Assembly (NCBI GenBank): GCA_965112155.1
Contig: OZ218105.1
Source of the DNA: Podarcis liolepis
Lineage: Eukaryota
Length of the DNA: 64,000 nucleotides
Strand: one strand, 5' to 3'
Shown: positions 63,927-64,000 of the stretch, piece after piece
How positions within the stretch are numbered: position 1 is the stretch's first letter
Layout: each line of letters begins with the position of its first letter
Notes under the pieces: model-generated
What the model saw: the letters and a program-made list of their open reading frames with translations, nothing else
Databases searched by the model: none
What the model was told of the DNA's origin: nothing
Position numbers and translations under genes: made by a program

Positions 63927-63967
63927 TGTCCAACAGTGACACTGTGAGTCTGAAACCGAGAACTGCA
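63927..63967 (-). promoter_or_regulatory. CSE/CTCF-like element of X5 (CACT core)
   Basis: Identical to the X3 element. Confidence 0.75.
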
Positions 63968-64000
63968 ATCTTTTCCCAGTGATTTTTCTCTCCTAATTCA

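Noticed and set aside
11639-63982. Many recurring 60-150-aa antisense or alternative-frame ORFs overlapping the exons
   Set aside because: Shadow ORFs of GC-rich duplicated coding sequence; starts and stops vary between copies.
1-64000. Pcdh-gamma constant exons, C-type exons, tRNA/rRNA genes, CRISPR arrays
   Set aside because: No constant-region peptide (e.g. DWRFSQAQRP-like) or C-type signature seen; tRNA-like segments are SINE heads; no repeat-spacer array.
22581-64000. Whole higher-order repeat as a haplotype-duplication artefact
   Set aside because: Not favoured: the blocks differ by many substitutions, indels, local duplications and mosaic exons, and are separated by a distinct spacer and Y3. 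It cannot be fully excluded without reads.

Overview
Vertebrate genomic DNA, most likely a squamate (lizard), judging from a Sauria SINE and lizard-type CR1, BovB, Penelope and MITE remnants. The window lies inside the variable region of a clustered protocadherin-gamma locus transcribed on the minus strand. It holds 10 complete ~2.4-kb single-exon variable regions (signal peptide, EC1-6, TM, variable cytoplasmic part, phase-0 GT donor) plus the 5' end of an eleventh. One is gamma-A-like (4158-6569). The other ten are gamma-B-like, in two sub-lineages here called class X (M[N/K][R/M]RGIL...) and class Y (MERRHPG...), which alternate strictly from 11.7 kb to the window end. The array looks like a two-gene ~11-13 kb unit nested in a ~25-kb higher-order duplication, with strong homogenisation of promoter/EC1-start and EC5-cytoplasmic sequence and mosaic EC1-EC4. 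Every exon has an upstream CSE/CTCF-like element, but only the gamma-A copy keeps the canonical CGCT core; all ten gamma-B copies have CpG-free cores (CACT or CAGT). No constant exons are in the window. A 128-N gap lies at 6822-6949. All comparisons were made by eye.
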